From a bacterium (GTDB lineage: Bacteria; UBA8248), in the NCBI GenBank assembly GCA_965207065.1, contig OZ242260.1, forward strand, positions 1,952,001-2,016,000: DNA of 64,000 nt, written 5' to 3'. Position 1 is the stretch's first letter. Each line of letters starts with the position of its first letter. This document shows positions 36,530 to 46,589 of the stretch, piece after piece. The notes beneath the pieces were generated by a model. It did no database searches. It saw only the letters and a list, made by a program, of their open reading frames with translations, and was not told the DNA's origin. The translations under genes and the position numbers were made by a program.

Positions 36530-36725
36530 GCGGCCTTCCTGCCCGTTTCCTTTTCGTTCACCCCGTTGATGAACCTCACGTCGGTGTTCACGTCCGCCAG
36601 ATGAAGGAAGCCGCGTAGCCGGCGCCATCGCTTCTCGGCGCCCATGGCGAGCTGGTGAACCAGACTCAGCGCCGACTTCTCGCTCAGGCAGTTCCTCGTC
36701 TTCGCCGTTCGCAGCCGGATGGTAA
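36530..36725 (-). pseudogene. IS256-family transposase C-terminal fragment
   Basis: TIRLRTAKTRNCLSEKSALSLVHQLAMGAEKRWRRLRGF..LADV...VRFINGV. Confidence 0.7.
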
Positions 36726-36752
36726 CTCGTCTACCCGCCCGGCGCACCCATT

Positions 36753-37330
36753 AGGGAATTCGAAGTCGCCACGCGCGGCGTCTTTCTCGATGGCCCGGAA
36801 CTCGTCCCTGCCAGACCGCCCGACCTCCCACTGACCGGCACGGCCACCTACGTCGGCGGTTCCGGCGACCTGTACACGTACAACTACGGCCGCAACTGGG
36901 GCGAGTTGGCCGGTTCCACCGAGTACACGGAATTCCAGGGGCCTATTCGTTGACCGCCGACTTCGCCAACAAGCGCATCACCGGTTGCCTGGGGTGTATC
37001 GAGCAGATCGGGATCGACCCCGGTCTCCACCTCTATCCGGCCGTGCCCTGGCAGGGTCCCGAGCCTGCGGCGTTGCCGGCCGATTACGACCTGCAATTTT
37101 CCGCATCCTTTGACGCTAAAGGCGCGTTCGAGAGCAGCGAGGTCACCGTCACCCATCCCGAACGCACGATTACGACCTCCGCCGGGACTTGACGCGGCCA
37201 GTTCTCGAACGTGCCGGATGCTGACGGCAACCCACGCCGCGTAGTCGGCTCGACCGATGTTCACTTGCCGAGCGCGACGGTTCGAGCGGAAAATTTACGG
37301 GCATTTTCGTTGCACTTACGCCCACATCGC
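36753..37330 (+). pseudogene. Decayed paralog of the lipoprotein 33167..34156, opposite strand
   Basis: RGVFLDGPEL..PDLPLTGTATYVGGSGDLYTYNYGRNWGELAG / LTADFANKRITGCLGC...AGT*RGQFSNVPDADGNPRRVVG. Two frameshifts, a Trp-to-TGA change, and no 5' part. Confidence 0.85.
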
Positions 37331-37593
37331 TCACACCCGGTGACGACAGCGCGGTCAAAGCGGACTGACGTACGCCCCCGCGCCTGGAATTCATCCGCGC
37401 ACTCGCCCGGGGCGGTGTTCCCGTATTCTCCGGATGAGGGGAGATGCTGCATGGGTGGAGGCTGGAAACGCCCTCGCGCAAGGCAGGAAGAATTCGTCAT
37501 AAATATGAGCGTCCCGCATTCAAATGTGTGCCCAAAAAGAAGTTTTCCGACTCCTCCGCAATTGTGCGAATTCGCCCGCATTGGCGTGAGGCG

Positions 37594-38562
37594 CTACTTG
37601 CGGATGGTGCCGAAGCTGAATCCCGTGATGAGGTGCTTCTGGATGAGGACGCCGAGGATGACCACGGGAATGGTGATGACGGTCCCAATCGCAGCCTGCG
37701 GCCCGTAGAGCCTCCCCTCCATCGCGCTCTGGAACTTGTTGAGCAGGATGGGCAGCGTGATGACTCTCGGCTGGGTGAGCGTCAGCGCGAGCAGGAACTC
37801 GCTCCAGTTCAGGATGAAGATGAAGAGAAAAGTCACCACCATCCCCGGAGCGACTAGGGGCATGACCACGCGGCGCAGCGTGTAGATGCGCCCCGCGCCC
37901 ATGATTTGCGCGGCGTGTTCGATAGTCTTGGGAATCTCCTCGATGAAGTTCAGCATCATCCAGATGACGAACGGCAGCGTGGTCGCTATGTAGAGAAGGC
38001 ACAGGCCGGAGTAGGAGTCGATCATGCTGATCCGATAGTTGAGAACCGTCTGGGTGGCGAATGGAATCAGGATGGCGTAGTACATCACGACGGGAATCGC
38101 GATGATGATGGGCGGGACCATGCGGATAGTCAGAATCATGTAGCGGAAATACTTTCCGCCCACGTTGAAGCGCGATATCGAATAGGCCAGAAACGTGCCC
38201 AGCAGGAGCGCGAGCAGCGCGCTGATGGAGGAGACGACCATCGAATCGCGCACCGCCCCCCAGATCGTGAAAGCCTGCTCGGCGTACTCGCGGCTGAGGC
38301 CTTCGCCGTGCCCGACTATGCTGAAAATCTGCCGGTAGTTGTGCAGGGTGGGTTCGTATCCCCCGCCAACGAAGCTCGGGAACCAGTTTGGCGGCCAGGC
38401 CACCCAGTCGCCCGAATCCTTGAAGGAAGTCGATATCATCCAGAAGATTGGGAACATGATCATGATCGCCCAGAGCATAAGCGCTGCGTGGCGGAACCAG
38501 AAGAAGAGGTTGTAGCGCTTGGCGAAGGACATCTCCGCGCGCGCACCTGCGTCGTTCGTCAT
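37594..38562 (-). CDS. Carbohydrate ABC transporter permease (MalG-type)
   Basis: FPIFWMISTSFK, IEHAAQIMGA, FILNWSEFL. ATGA-coupled to the upstream permease. Confidence 0.92.
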   Translation of the reverse strand: MTNDAGARAEMSFAKRYNLFFWFRHAALMLWAIMIMFPIFWMISTSFKDSGDWVAWPPNWFPSFVGGGYEPTLHNYRQIFSIVGHGEGLSREYAEQAFTIWGAVRDSMVVSSISALLALLLGTFLAYSISRFNVGGKYFRYMILTIRMVPPIIIAIPVVMYYAILIPFATQTVLNYRISMIDSYSGLCLLYIATTLPFVIWMMLNFIEEIPKTIEHAAQIMGAGRIYTLRRVVMPLVAPGMVVTFLFIFILNWSEFLLALTLTQPRVITLPILLNKFQSAMEGRLYGPQAAIGTVITIPVVILGVLIQKHLITGFSFGTIRK

Positions 38563-39509
38563 CCCATTCGCTCCTCTTCGACGATGGATCGTTCCCGCAC
38601 GAGCAGATAAATGCCATAGAAGATGAGTGCCCCGAACATGAAGAGCAACAGAATCGAGGCGGCCGCGCCGAAGCTGTACTTGTTGAACTGCCACACCTGT
38701 CGCCAGAGGAAGAAAGCGATGGTTTCAGTCGAAGTACCCGGACCGCCGAAGGTGAGCAGTACGGACAGATCGAAGAGTTTGAGCGCCTCCATCGATCGGA
38801 TGATGATGGCGATCATGATCGCGGGCTTCAACAGCGGGAAATGGACTTTCCAGAATATCTGCCACCTGCTTGCTCCCAGAACGCGCGCGGCGTTGGTGAG
38901 TTGTTGTGGAAGCGCGGCGAAGCCCGAGAGAAATATCAGAAACGTGAGCGACGTCCACTGCCATACGTCGGCGAGGATGATCGCCCACTGCGCGGCGATG
39001 GGGTGCGAGAGCCAGCGGATACGGGGGTTTATGCCCATGGCTTCAGTGATTGGAGACAGAATCTGGTTGAGGGGTCCCGAGTCGATGTAGATCATCGAAA
39101 AGTTGTAGCCTCCCACGACCGGCACCACCATCATGGGGACCAGGAAAATGGTGATGTAGATACGCCTCCCCCGGAATTGCTTGTAAGCCAGCATGGCGAG
39201 AAGAAAACCGAAGAGCAACTCGAGCAGGACCGCCGTTCCCGCGAAGTAGAAAGTCCGCCCGAGCGCCCACCAGAAATCCTCAGTTGTGAGTACGCGGACG
39301 TAATTCAACAAGCCGTGAAAATAGGCCTGCTCGAAGGGCCGGTTGGCGCGCCATTTGAGCAGACTGATATAGATGGTGAGTATGAAGGGAACGGCGAGAA
39401 GCAGGAGGAAGGTCGCCTCCACCATGATGAACGGAATCAGGCGGAACACCTTCTCCTGCGACAGCCAGGCGGAGAGACTCTTGCGTTCTTTTATCGTTGC
39501 TTGGGCCAT
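38559..39509 (-). CDS. Carbohydrate ABC transporter permease (MalF-type)
   Basis: DVWQWT, LTNAARVLGAS, TFGGPGTSTET. Confidence 0.92.
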   Translation of the reverse strand: MAQATIKERKSLSAWLSQEKVFRLIPFIMVEATFLLLLAVPFILTIYISLLKWRANRPFEQAYFHGLLNYVRVLTTEDFWWALGRTFYFAGTAVLLELLFGFLLAMLAYKQFRGRRIYITIFLVPMMVVPVVGGYNFSMIYIDSGPLNQILSPITEAMGINPRIRWLSHPIAAQWAIILADVWQWTSLTFLIFLSGFAALPQQLTNAARVLGASRWQIFWKVHFPLLKPAIMIAIIIRSMEALKLFDLSVLLTFGGPGTSTETIAFFLWRQVWQFNKYSFGAAASILLLFMFGALIFYGIYLLVRERSIVEEERMG

Positions 39510-39599
39510 CTTGTCTTCGTCTTCATTCGGGTCAACGCGTATCGCGCGGGGCGCCCGCCCCGGCGTTGCCGCCGGAGCAGGCGCTCTTGTGCGCGGTGT

Positions 39600-41078
39600 T
39601 TAGTTGGTCGGCGCGAACTTGTCGATGTAAGCGCCGCTGGCGACGCTCGCTCTCCAAGCCTCGATCTGCTCTTTCCGACCGATGTCGTCGGTGATGCGGT
39701 TCCAGCCTTTCTCGACGTTCTTCGCCGCCTGCGCAGCGGAGATGTTGCCCTGCATGACCTGCGCCATGTTCTTGTCGAGCACGTTGAAGTACTCGTAGTT
39801 ACCCTCGATCATGAGCAGGGAGATGGCGTTTTTCGCGTTCTTCATCGTCATCTTGACGAAGGGTTCCGTGTGCTTGGCGAGCACGGCCTTGTTCGTCAGG
39901 TTCGACATGCGCATCGGATCCCAGAAGCCCGCCGGATCTGCGATGGCGATGTCGCCCTGGGTCGGGCCCGTGAACCACTGGATGAAGTAGTAGGCGAGCT
40001 CGGGGTGTTTGCCGTGCGCGTTCACCATGTAGCCGGTGCCGGCCGCCTGCGGAGCGCGACGCACCATCTTGCCGCTCGCTCCTTTCACGGCGGGAACGGG
40101 GCAAGCCAGTTGCTTACCGCTGATCTTGCTCTTCGGGTTGCGGTTGGCGTAGCCCATCGCCGAGGGGAAGGACATGAACGAGAAGGACCGTCCACTACCC
40201 CAGTGAGGATAGAGCTGCGGTGTTCCCCAACCCTGCACGTCGGGCGGCATGTACTTGACGATCGAGGTGAATTCCTTGATCGCCCGGATGCCGTTCGGGC
40301 TGTTGATGGTGGGCTTCATGTTCTTGTCGAAGAGCAGTCCGCCCATATAGGCCGGGAAATGCCTGTAGGAGAAGTTGATGCTCCTGTAGGCCTGTGCGCC
40401 GTAGAGCGGCTGGTCGAACTTCATGCCCCAGCGGGTCTCGCCCTTTTTCGTGTGGAAGTACTTGGCCATCTGCTCCCACTCGGCCATCGTGTCGGGACAT
40501 CCCGGTTCCTTGCCGAATTTGGCCTTATAGTCCTTCGCGGCCGCCTTCATGATGTCCGAGCGCAGGAACAATGCGATGTGGTCGCCGTCGAGGATGAACC
40601 AGTAGGTTTTCCCCTTGTACTTCTGCTGCGCCAGCAGGCCCGAGTCGATGCCCGTGAAATCGGGTTTCCCCTTGGCCATGTAGGCGTCCAGCGGCTGCAG
40701 CGTGCCTGCGCCCACCGCGTCGGGAATGACGTAGGGGAAGTGGTTGATGACGTCGTACTGCCCCGTTTTCGCCACGGCTTCGGCCATGATTTTGGCAGGG
40801 ATGTCGGTGTAGCCGTACTGGATAGAGCCCATCTCGACGCCGGTGAGCTTCTTCCACTGCCTCAGGTATTTCGGCTGGGAGTTCTTGAAGAGCGAAATCA
40901 GAAGCATCGTCTGTTTCGGGTTCTTCAGATTATGCTTCTTGATGTAAGCTTTCGCTCCGTTGATGGCGCGCTCCTCAACCGTCTTGCCGGGGTGCACCAT
41001 CATGGCGGCGATGGCCGTTGAGGCCACGAAAACCGTGATGCCCATCAGAATCAGTGTTGCGAGAAAAATTCTCTTCAT
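39600..41078 (-). CDS. Carbohydrate ABC transporter substrate-binding protein
   Basis: GGAGGAGG RBS, signal peptide MKRIFLATL..., Lys-rich SBP family 1-like sequence, operon context. Confidence 0.85.
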   Translation of the reverse strand: MKRIFLATLILMGITVFVASTAIAAMMVHPGKTVEERAINGAKAYIKKHNLKNPKQTMLLISLFKNSQPKYLRQWKKLTGVEMGSIQYGYTDIPAKIMAEAVAKTGQYDVINHFPYVIPDAVGAGTLQPLDAYMAKGKPDFTGIDSGLLAQQKYKGKTYWFILDGDHIALFLRSDIMKAAAKDYKAKFGKEPGCPDTMAEWEQMAKYFHTKKGETRWGMKFDQPLYGAQAYRSINFSYRHFPAYMGGLLFDKNMKPTINSPNGIRAIKEFTSIVKYMPPDVQGWGTPQLYPHWGSGRSFSFMSFPSAMGYANRNPKSKISGKQLACPVPAVKGASGKMVRRAPQAAGTGYMVNAHGKHPELAYYFIQWFTGPTQGDIAIADPAGFWDPMRMSNLTNKAVLAKHTEPFVKMTMKNAKNAISLLMIEGNYEYFNVLDKNMAQVMQGNISAAQAAKNVEKGWNRITDDIGRKEQIEAWRASVASGAYIDKFAPTN

Positions 41079-41241
41079 CTCGATTCCTCCTCCCTTCGTG
41101 TTTGGAAAGGCGATGACTTGCTTCAGAATCGCCGAGATCGAACACAAAATCCCTGATACTGAGTAGTTCCCGTCTTCCTCCAGCGTTGCAATTTACATGC
41201 GATGCAGTCTTGCAAACCTTTTACCTCGCCATTGGTGGGCG

Positions 41242-42333
41242 TTATTCCAGCCGCGCCCCGCTCTCGGCGTCAAAAAAGTGCATGCCGCCCGTTTGAAAAC
41301 CGAATCGGATATTATCGCCGGGGCTGAACTCGCGCTCGGCGTCGATTTTGGCCACCAGAAATTCCTCATCCCCACAGGAGAAGAAAACCAGCGTTTCGTC
41401 TCCCAGCGGTTCAATGAGCCTGACTTCCGCGGCCGCACCTTCATCCTCGATGCTCACGTTCTCGGAACGCACGCCGAGGTTGATCGCTTTTCCTGTGGCG
41501 GAGCCGGGTACGACGTCCGGCGCGAAGTTCATCTCGAAATGCTCGGAGACGAACTTGGGAGAGCCGTTGCTTTCGATGCGCCCCGGAATGATGTTCATCG
41601 TCGGCTGGCCGAAGAACGTGCCGACGAACTGGTTGGTTGGTTTTCTGTATATGCCGAGAGGGGTATCGATCTGCTGAACGTATCCGCGGTCCATGACCAT
41701 AATGCGGTCCGCCATCGTCATGGCTTCTGCCTGATCGTGTGTGACGTAGACGAAAGTGGATTTGAGTTCCTCGTGGAGGCGCTTGAGTTCGGTGCGCATC
41801 TCGATGCGCAGCTTGGCGTCCAGACTGGAGAGCGGCTCGTCCATGAGCAGGACTTGCGGCTGGGTGATGATCGTTCGCGCCAGGGCCACCCGCTGCGCCT
41901 CGCCGCCCGAGCACTGGGCGGGTTTTTTGGATAGCAGATGGGATATCTTCAAGGTCGTGGCGACTTTCGATACCCGCTCTTTCACCTCCGCATCCGCGGT
42001 CTTGTCCACGCGCAGACCGAAGGCGATGTTCTCGAAGACGGTCATGTGGGGGAACAGGGCGAGGTCCTGGAACACCATCCCCAGGCCGCGGTCCCCTGGT
42101 TCGAGATGGTTCACCACGCGGTCTCCGATGAGCATCGTGCCGCTCGTGGGTTCCTCGAATCCGGAGATCATGTTGAGCGTGGTGGTTTTTCCGCAACCGG
42201 AAGGCCCGACCACCACCATGAACTCGCCATCGCTTACATCAAGGTCGACACCGGCAACCGCAGTGACGGTTTCACCAAATATTTTAACCAGGTTTTGGAG
42301 CGTAATGGAGGCCACCGCAATTTTCCCCTTCAA
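41242..42333 (-). CDS. Carbohydrate ABC transporter ATP-binding protein (MalK-type)
   Basis: GPSGCGKTT, CSGGEAQRVA, LLMDEPLS, YVTHDQAEA, TOBE-type C-terminus. Confidence 0.93.
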   Translation of the reverse strand: MKGKIAVASITLQNLVKIFGETVTAVAGVDLDVSDGEFMVVVGPSGCGKTTTLNMISGFEEPTSGTMLIGDRVVNHLEPGDRGLGMVFQDLALFPHMTVFENIAFGLRVDKTADAEVKERVSKVATTLKISHLLSKKPAQCSGGEAQRVALARTIITQPQVLLMDEPLSSLDAKLRIEMRTELKRLHEELKSTFVYVTHDQAEAMTMADRIMVMDRGYVQQIDTPLGIYRKPTNQFVGTFFGQPTMNIIPGRIESNGSPKFVSEHFEMNFAPDVVPGSATGKAINLGVRSENVSIEDEGAAAEVRLIEPLGDETLVFFSCGDEEFLVAKIDAEREFSPGDNIRFGFQTGGMHFFDAESGARLE

Positions 42334-42554
42334 ATTCGATGGTCAGCGAACATCATCCCCAACGCAATGGACGATGCGGTAGAAAGATTTTGCTCTGATA
42401 ATAGAATTATGCGCGGATTTATTTTTTTTTTCAACCCTAGCACCTAGGGCCTTCATTGCGGCGTGCTCTGCGAGACTTCATTTCCCCGTGTTGAATTTAT
42501 CTGCATAATTGATTAGTAGAACAATACGTCATTCATACCGAATGGATTACTGAA

Positions 42555-43262
42555 GTGACGGTGGGGGCGATATTGGCTCAAAAGATTCTCATTATCGAAG
42601 ACGAGACCGACATTCGTGAACTCCTCACCTACAACCTCGACCGTGAGGGATTCGATGTGGTGGGTGTAGCCAACGGCGAAGAAGCCTTCAAAATGCTAAA
42701 GAGCGAGCCGATCCAGTTGGTCGTTCTCGATCTGATGCTTCCCGATGTTTCCGGTCTCGAAATTTGTCGCTACATTCGGCGCGATTCCTCCTTAAGTCGG
42801 CTTCCCATCATCATGCTGACGGCCAAGGGCGAAGAGGTGGATCGCATCGTCGGCTTCGAATTGGGCGCGGATGACTACGTGACCAAGCCCTTCAACATCC
42901 GGGAGATGATCCTGCGGGTGAAAGCGGTGCTCGCGCGCTCGAAAATGCCGCAGGTTGAGGGCAAGGCGCTCAGGCGCGGGCCGCTCACCATCGACCCCGA
43001 GCAATATGAAGCGGCGGTGGACGGGCGCCCGCTCTCCTTGACGGCGACGGAATTCCGTCTTTTGCACCATCTGGCCTCTCACCCGGGGCACGCCCAGAAT
43101 CGCGACGACCTGCTCGACATCATCTGGGGAGAAGACAAATTCGTCACCCCCCGCACCGTGGACACATATATCCGCCGCCTCCGGGAGAAACTCGGCCCGG
43201 CGGGGGAAATGATCCAGACGCTTCGGGGCGTGGGGTACCGGTTCAAGAAAATGTCTGAATAG
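42555..43262 (+). CDS. phoB: Phosphate regulon response regulator (OmpR family)
   Basis: IIEDE, LDLMLP, MLTAKGEE, GADDYVTKPF, RTVD..IRRLREKL, TLRGVGY. Sits upstream of pst. Confidence 0.85.
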   Translation: MTVGAILAQKILIIEDETDIRELLTYNLDREGFDVVGVANGEEAFKMLKSEPIQLVVLDLMLPDVSGLEICRYIRRDSSLSRLPIIMLTAKGEEVDRIVGFELGADDYVTKPFNIREMILRVKAVLARSKMPQVEGKALRRGPLTIDPEQYEAAVDGRPLSLTATEFRLLHHLASHPGHAQNRDDLLDIIWGEDKFVTPRTVDTYIRRLREKLGPAGEMIQTLRGVGYRFKKMSE

Positions 43263-43295
43263 TTGCTCTTCCCGACACCCGGAGGAGACCCGCAT

Positions 43296-45071
43296 ATGCG
43301 CAGGTCCTTCTACAAGAAGCTGACGGCGAGCTATCTGGTAGTCATTACCGTGGTGTTCGCGGCGGGGATGATCTATCTTCATTTCGGCCTCTCCGCCCAG
43401 TTGATGGAGCAGGCGGAGGAGAACCTCGCCAGCAACGCGCGCCTTGCCCGCCGCCAGTTGGTTTCCTCCATTCCGGAAAATCCGCAAAGTCAACGAATGG
43501 ATGAACTCGCCGATGAAATCGGCCGCGCGCTCGGTGTGCGCGTGACGGTCGTATCCGCTTCCGGTCGTTTGCTCGCGGATACCGGCCTCGCTCCTGGCGC
43601 GCCCGGCAGAGAAGAGAGCCGCGCCGCTCGGCCCGAAATCATCGCGGCGAGAAAAAAGGGAATCGGTTCGAGCGTCCGGGCGAGCCCGAGGGGTGATGGA
43701 GATTTGCTGTATCTGGCTCTGCCGATAAATGCGGGCCCGTTATCCGGCGGCGTGATTCGCCTGGCCATGAGCTTAAGGGAAATCGAGGAGACTATCGGCA
43801 AGATGCGGGGCCTTCTCCTGGTGGCCGGCGCTTTCGCGTTTTTGCTCGCTATCGCGGTCAGCTTCGGGGCCGGCGTTATCGTGCGTCGGGGCTTCGACGA
43901 AATATACGAGTCCGTAGAGAAGATTTCCCGAGGCGATTTCAGTTACCGCATCGCTTCCATGCGGCAGGATGAGTTGGGTGAACTCGCACGGACGATGGAC
44001 CGGCTCGCTTCGGAAGTGGAGGCGCATCTCGATGAGTTGCGCAACGAGCGCGACCGGCTGGAGGCGATACTCGAAGGAATGACCGAGGGCGTCATGGTCA
44101 CGAACGCCTCGGGAGACATCCTTCTCGTGAATTCCTCGTTTCGGGAATTCTTTCCCTCCCTGCCTGAGTTCGAAGATAGTATGCCGATTCCTCTCGAAGC
44201 CGTGCGCTCCACCGAAGTGCAGGAAGCGGTGAGGGATATGCTCACGCGCTCCGCCACCCGGTTGGAGCGCGAGGTGGAAGTTCTCCCCGCGCGCACGCTG
44301 ACCCTGCACGCCAAACGCGCGAGGGCGGATGAAGAGTCCAACCTCATCTGGGTGTTTCACGACGTTACCGAAGTAAAACGACTCGCGGGAATACGGCGGG
44401 AATTCACCGCCAACGTCTCTCATGAGTTGCGTACGCCCTTGACGGCGATACAGTGGGCGGCCCAGACGCTCGAAGTGACGGCAGAATCCGACCCCGATGC
44501 GACGCGCCGGTTCGCCTCGACAATCAACCGCCACGCCCGGCGCCTCTCGGCCCTGGTGGAGGACCTGCTCGAACTCGGCAGAATCGAATCCAAAGAAGAG
44601 CACGTTCGGCCCGAGGAGGTTTCCATCCGTAGCGCAATGGATTCGGTGGCGCATACCCTGGCTCCCGTTGTCGAGAAAAGGGGCGTTCATCTGCAAACGG
44701 TGATTCACGAGGAGGCCGACCACGTTCGGGCGGACCCGGCCGCCCTGGAAAGAATTCTGATCAATCTGGCCGAAAACGGGGTGAACTACAGTTCCGAGGG
44801 AAGTGAAATCACGGTTTCCGGGCGCTTGTGCGAAGACGGGTTCGTCGAGGTTTCAGTGGCCGATCAGGGTGAGGGAATTCCCCCCGAGCACCTCCCCCGC
44901 ATTTTCGAGCGCTTCTACCGTGTGGATTCGGCCCGCTCCCGGGAGAACGGGGGCACCGGCCTGGGGCTCTCCATCGTGAAGCACCTCGTTCAGGAGATGG
45001 GCGGAGACGTCTGGGTCGAGAGCGCGCCGGGCCGGGGCTCCACCTTCCGCTTCACCGTTCCCACGCCTTAA
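43296..45071 (+). CDS. phoR: Phosphate regulon sensor histidine kinase
   Basis: Two transmembrane helices, HAMP, PAS, ANVSHELRTPLT, NLAENG, DQGEGIP, IFERFYRVD, GGTGLGLSIVKH. Confidence 0.88.
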   Translation: MRRSFYKKLTASYLVVITVVFAAGMIYLHFGLSAQLMEQAEENLASNARLARRQLVSSIPENPQSQRMDELADEIGRALGVRVTVVSASGRLLADTGLAPGAPGREESRAARPEIIAARKKGIGSSVRASPRGDGDLLYLALPINAGPLSGGVIRLAMSLREIEETIGKMRGLLLVAGAFAFLLAIAVSFGAGVIVRRGFDEIYESVEKISRGDFSYRIASMRQDELGELARTMDRLASEVEAHLDELRNERDRLEAILEGMTEGVMVTNASGDILLVNSSFREFFPSLPEFEDSMPIPLEAVRSTEVQEAVRDMLTRSATRLEREVEVLPARTLTLHAKRARADEESNLIWVFHDVTEVKRLAGIRREFTANVSHELRTPLTAIQWAAQTLEVTAESDPDATRRFASTINRHARRLSALVEDLLELGRIESKEEHVRPEEVSIRSAMDSVAHTLAPVVEKRGVHLQTVIHEEADHVRADPAALERILINLAENGVNYSSEGSEITVSGRLCEDGFVEVSVADQGEGIPPEHLPRIFERFYRVDSARSRENGGTGLGLSIVKHLVQEMGGDVWVESAPGRGSTFRFTVPTP

Positions 45072-45199
45072 ACGGGACAAGTGCCTTCTGGTCTTTGCCT
45101 TCATCGTTTATGCCCGCTTTATTGAAAGCAAACCTGTAATTTACGTCTTTTCAATGAGTTATACGAAGATTATATTTTGAAAACCGGAATTGTCCAAAA

Positions 45200-45228
45200 A
45201 GTCATATGATTTTCATCCTTTCGTAACA
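45200..45228 (+). promoter_or_regulatory. Distal Pho-box-like direct repeats
   Basis: AGTCAT (45200), TTTCAT (45211), CGTAAC (45222) at 11-bp spacing. Confidence 0.5.
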
Positions 45229-45428
45229 TACCCGGCCCCTTTTTTCTCTATATTCCACCTCGTTCGGAGAGGGATCGCGCGACGGAGCGTTTTTGCTCAT
45301 GGTTGCGAATTCGCAGCCCCCTGAAGAGGCGATGAAGCTCTCCGGACGCAGAGGCGAGCAGTCCAAGGGGAATGTGGGAAATGAAAGATGTGCCTGCTAG
45401 AAGCGGAGGAGTGTTCGTGTCTCGGTAT

Positions 45429-45460
45429 GTTCATCATTTTGTCACGAAAATGTAACAAAA
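45429..45460 (+). promoter_or_regulatory. Pho box upstream of pstS
   Basis: GTTCAT (45429), TGTCAC (45440), TGTAAC (45451) at 11-bp spacing. Confidence 0.7.
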
Positions 45461-45503
45461 CCTTGCGTTTTTTCCTGTAGTTTCAATCCATCCAAAGGAG
45501 GAA

Positions 45504-46511
45504 GTGAAAATGAGCAGGTTATCCAGGATTTGTGGCTTGGCCTTCGCGGTTGCGATTGGCCTCGTGCTCGTAGCGCAGCCCGCTGGCGCGGCCCTGATGG
45601 TTGACAAGAAATTGCCCGCCTACAAGGCCACCAGCGGCGTTTCCGGGAACGTGAAGTCCGTCGGCTCGGATACGCTGAACAACCTCATGACGCTCTGGGC
45701 CGAAGGGTTCAGGCGTTCCTACCCGGACGTGAAAATCGAGATCGAGGGCAAAGGCTCCTCCACGGCTCCTCCGGCGCTCATCGCCGGCACATCGAATTTC
45801 GGCCCGATGTCTCGCGCCATGAAGTCCAAGGAAGTGGACGCATTCGAGAAGAAGTTCGGCTACAAGCCGGGCCGCATCCGCGTCGCCGTGGACGCCCTGG
45901 CCGTTTTCACGAACAAGGACAACCCCCTCAAGTGCATGAGCCTCCCGCAGGTAGACGCCATCTTCTCCAAAACCCGCAAGGGCGGCATGAGGTCCGACGT
46001 CGCCACGTGGGGCCAACTCGGTCTCAAGGGCATGTGGGCCAGTAAGCCGATTTCCGTGTATGGCCGCAACTCGGCTTCGGGCACGTACGGCTACTTCAAG
46101 AAAGTAGCCCTCTACAAAGGCGACTACAAAGACTCCGTGAAAGAGCAGCCCGGCTCCTCGGCGGTGGTGCAAGGCGTGGCTTCCGATAAGTTCGCCATCG
46201 GCTACTCGGGCATCGGCTACAAGACCGCCGACGTTATCGCGCTCCCGGTCTCCAAAAAAACCGGCGCCAAATGCTATGGCCCCGAAGCGAAGAACGCCTA
46301 CTCGGGCAACTACCCGATCGCGCGTTTCCTCTACATCTACGTCAACAAGAACCCGAACCAGGCGCTCGAGCCCCTGAGAGCCCAGTTCGTCAAGTACATC
46401 TTCTCGAAAGATGGTCAGCAGGCCGTTATCAAGGCCGGTTTCTTCCCGGTGAACGCGGCCATCGCGAAACAAGACCTCGGCGGCCTCGGCCTCGGGATGG
46501 GAAGCAACTAG
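45504..46511 (+). CDS. pstS: Phosphate ABC transporter substrate-binding protein
   Basis: VGSDT, GKGSSTA, MSR, GRNSASGTY, YPIARFLY. Confidence 0.92.
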   Translation: MKMSRLSRICGLAFAVAIGLVLVAQPAGAALMVDKKLPAYKATSGVSGNVKSVGSDTLNNLMTLWAEGFRRSYPDVKIEIEGKGSSTAPPALIAGTSNFGPMSRAMKSKEVDAFEKKFGYKPGRIRVAVDALAVFTNKDNPLKCMSLPQVDAIFSKTRKGGMRSDVATWGQLGLKGMWASKPISVYGRNSASGTYGYFKKVALYKGDYKDSVKEQPGSSAVVQGVASDKFAIGYSGIGYKTADVIALPVSKKTGAKCYGPEAKNAYSGNYPIARFLYIYVNKNPNQALEPLRAQFVKYIFSKDGQQAVIKAGFFPVNAAIAKQDLGGLGLGMGSN

Positions 46512-46589
46512 TTTTTCAGGTGCAGCGCAGCGGCGGGGACGGCGGATTGGATTCGCCGTCCCCCCGCTTTCATTTTTGAAAAGAAAAAC

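Noticed and set aside
37190-37192. Selenocysteine TGA in the lipoprotein paralog
   Set aside because: It aligns to Trp in the intact paralog and lies in a frameshifted, truncated copy: a nonsense mutation.
38841-41021. Long antisense ORFs (38841..41021 +; likewise 28349..29815 -, 54047..55522 -, 17681..18871 -)
   Set aside because: Shadow frames of well-supported genes in high-GC DNA, with no independent motifs.
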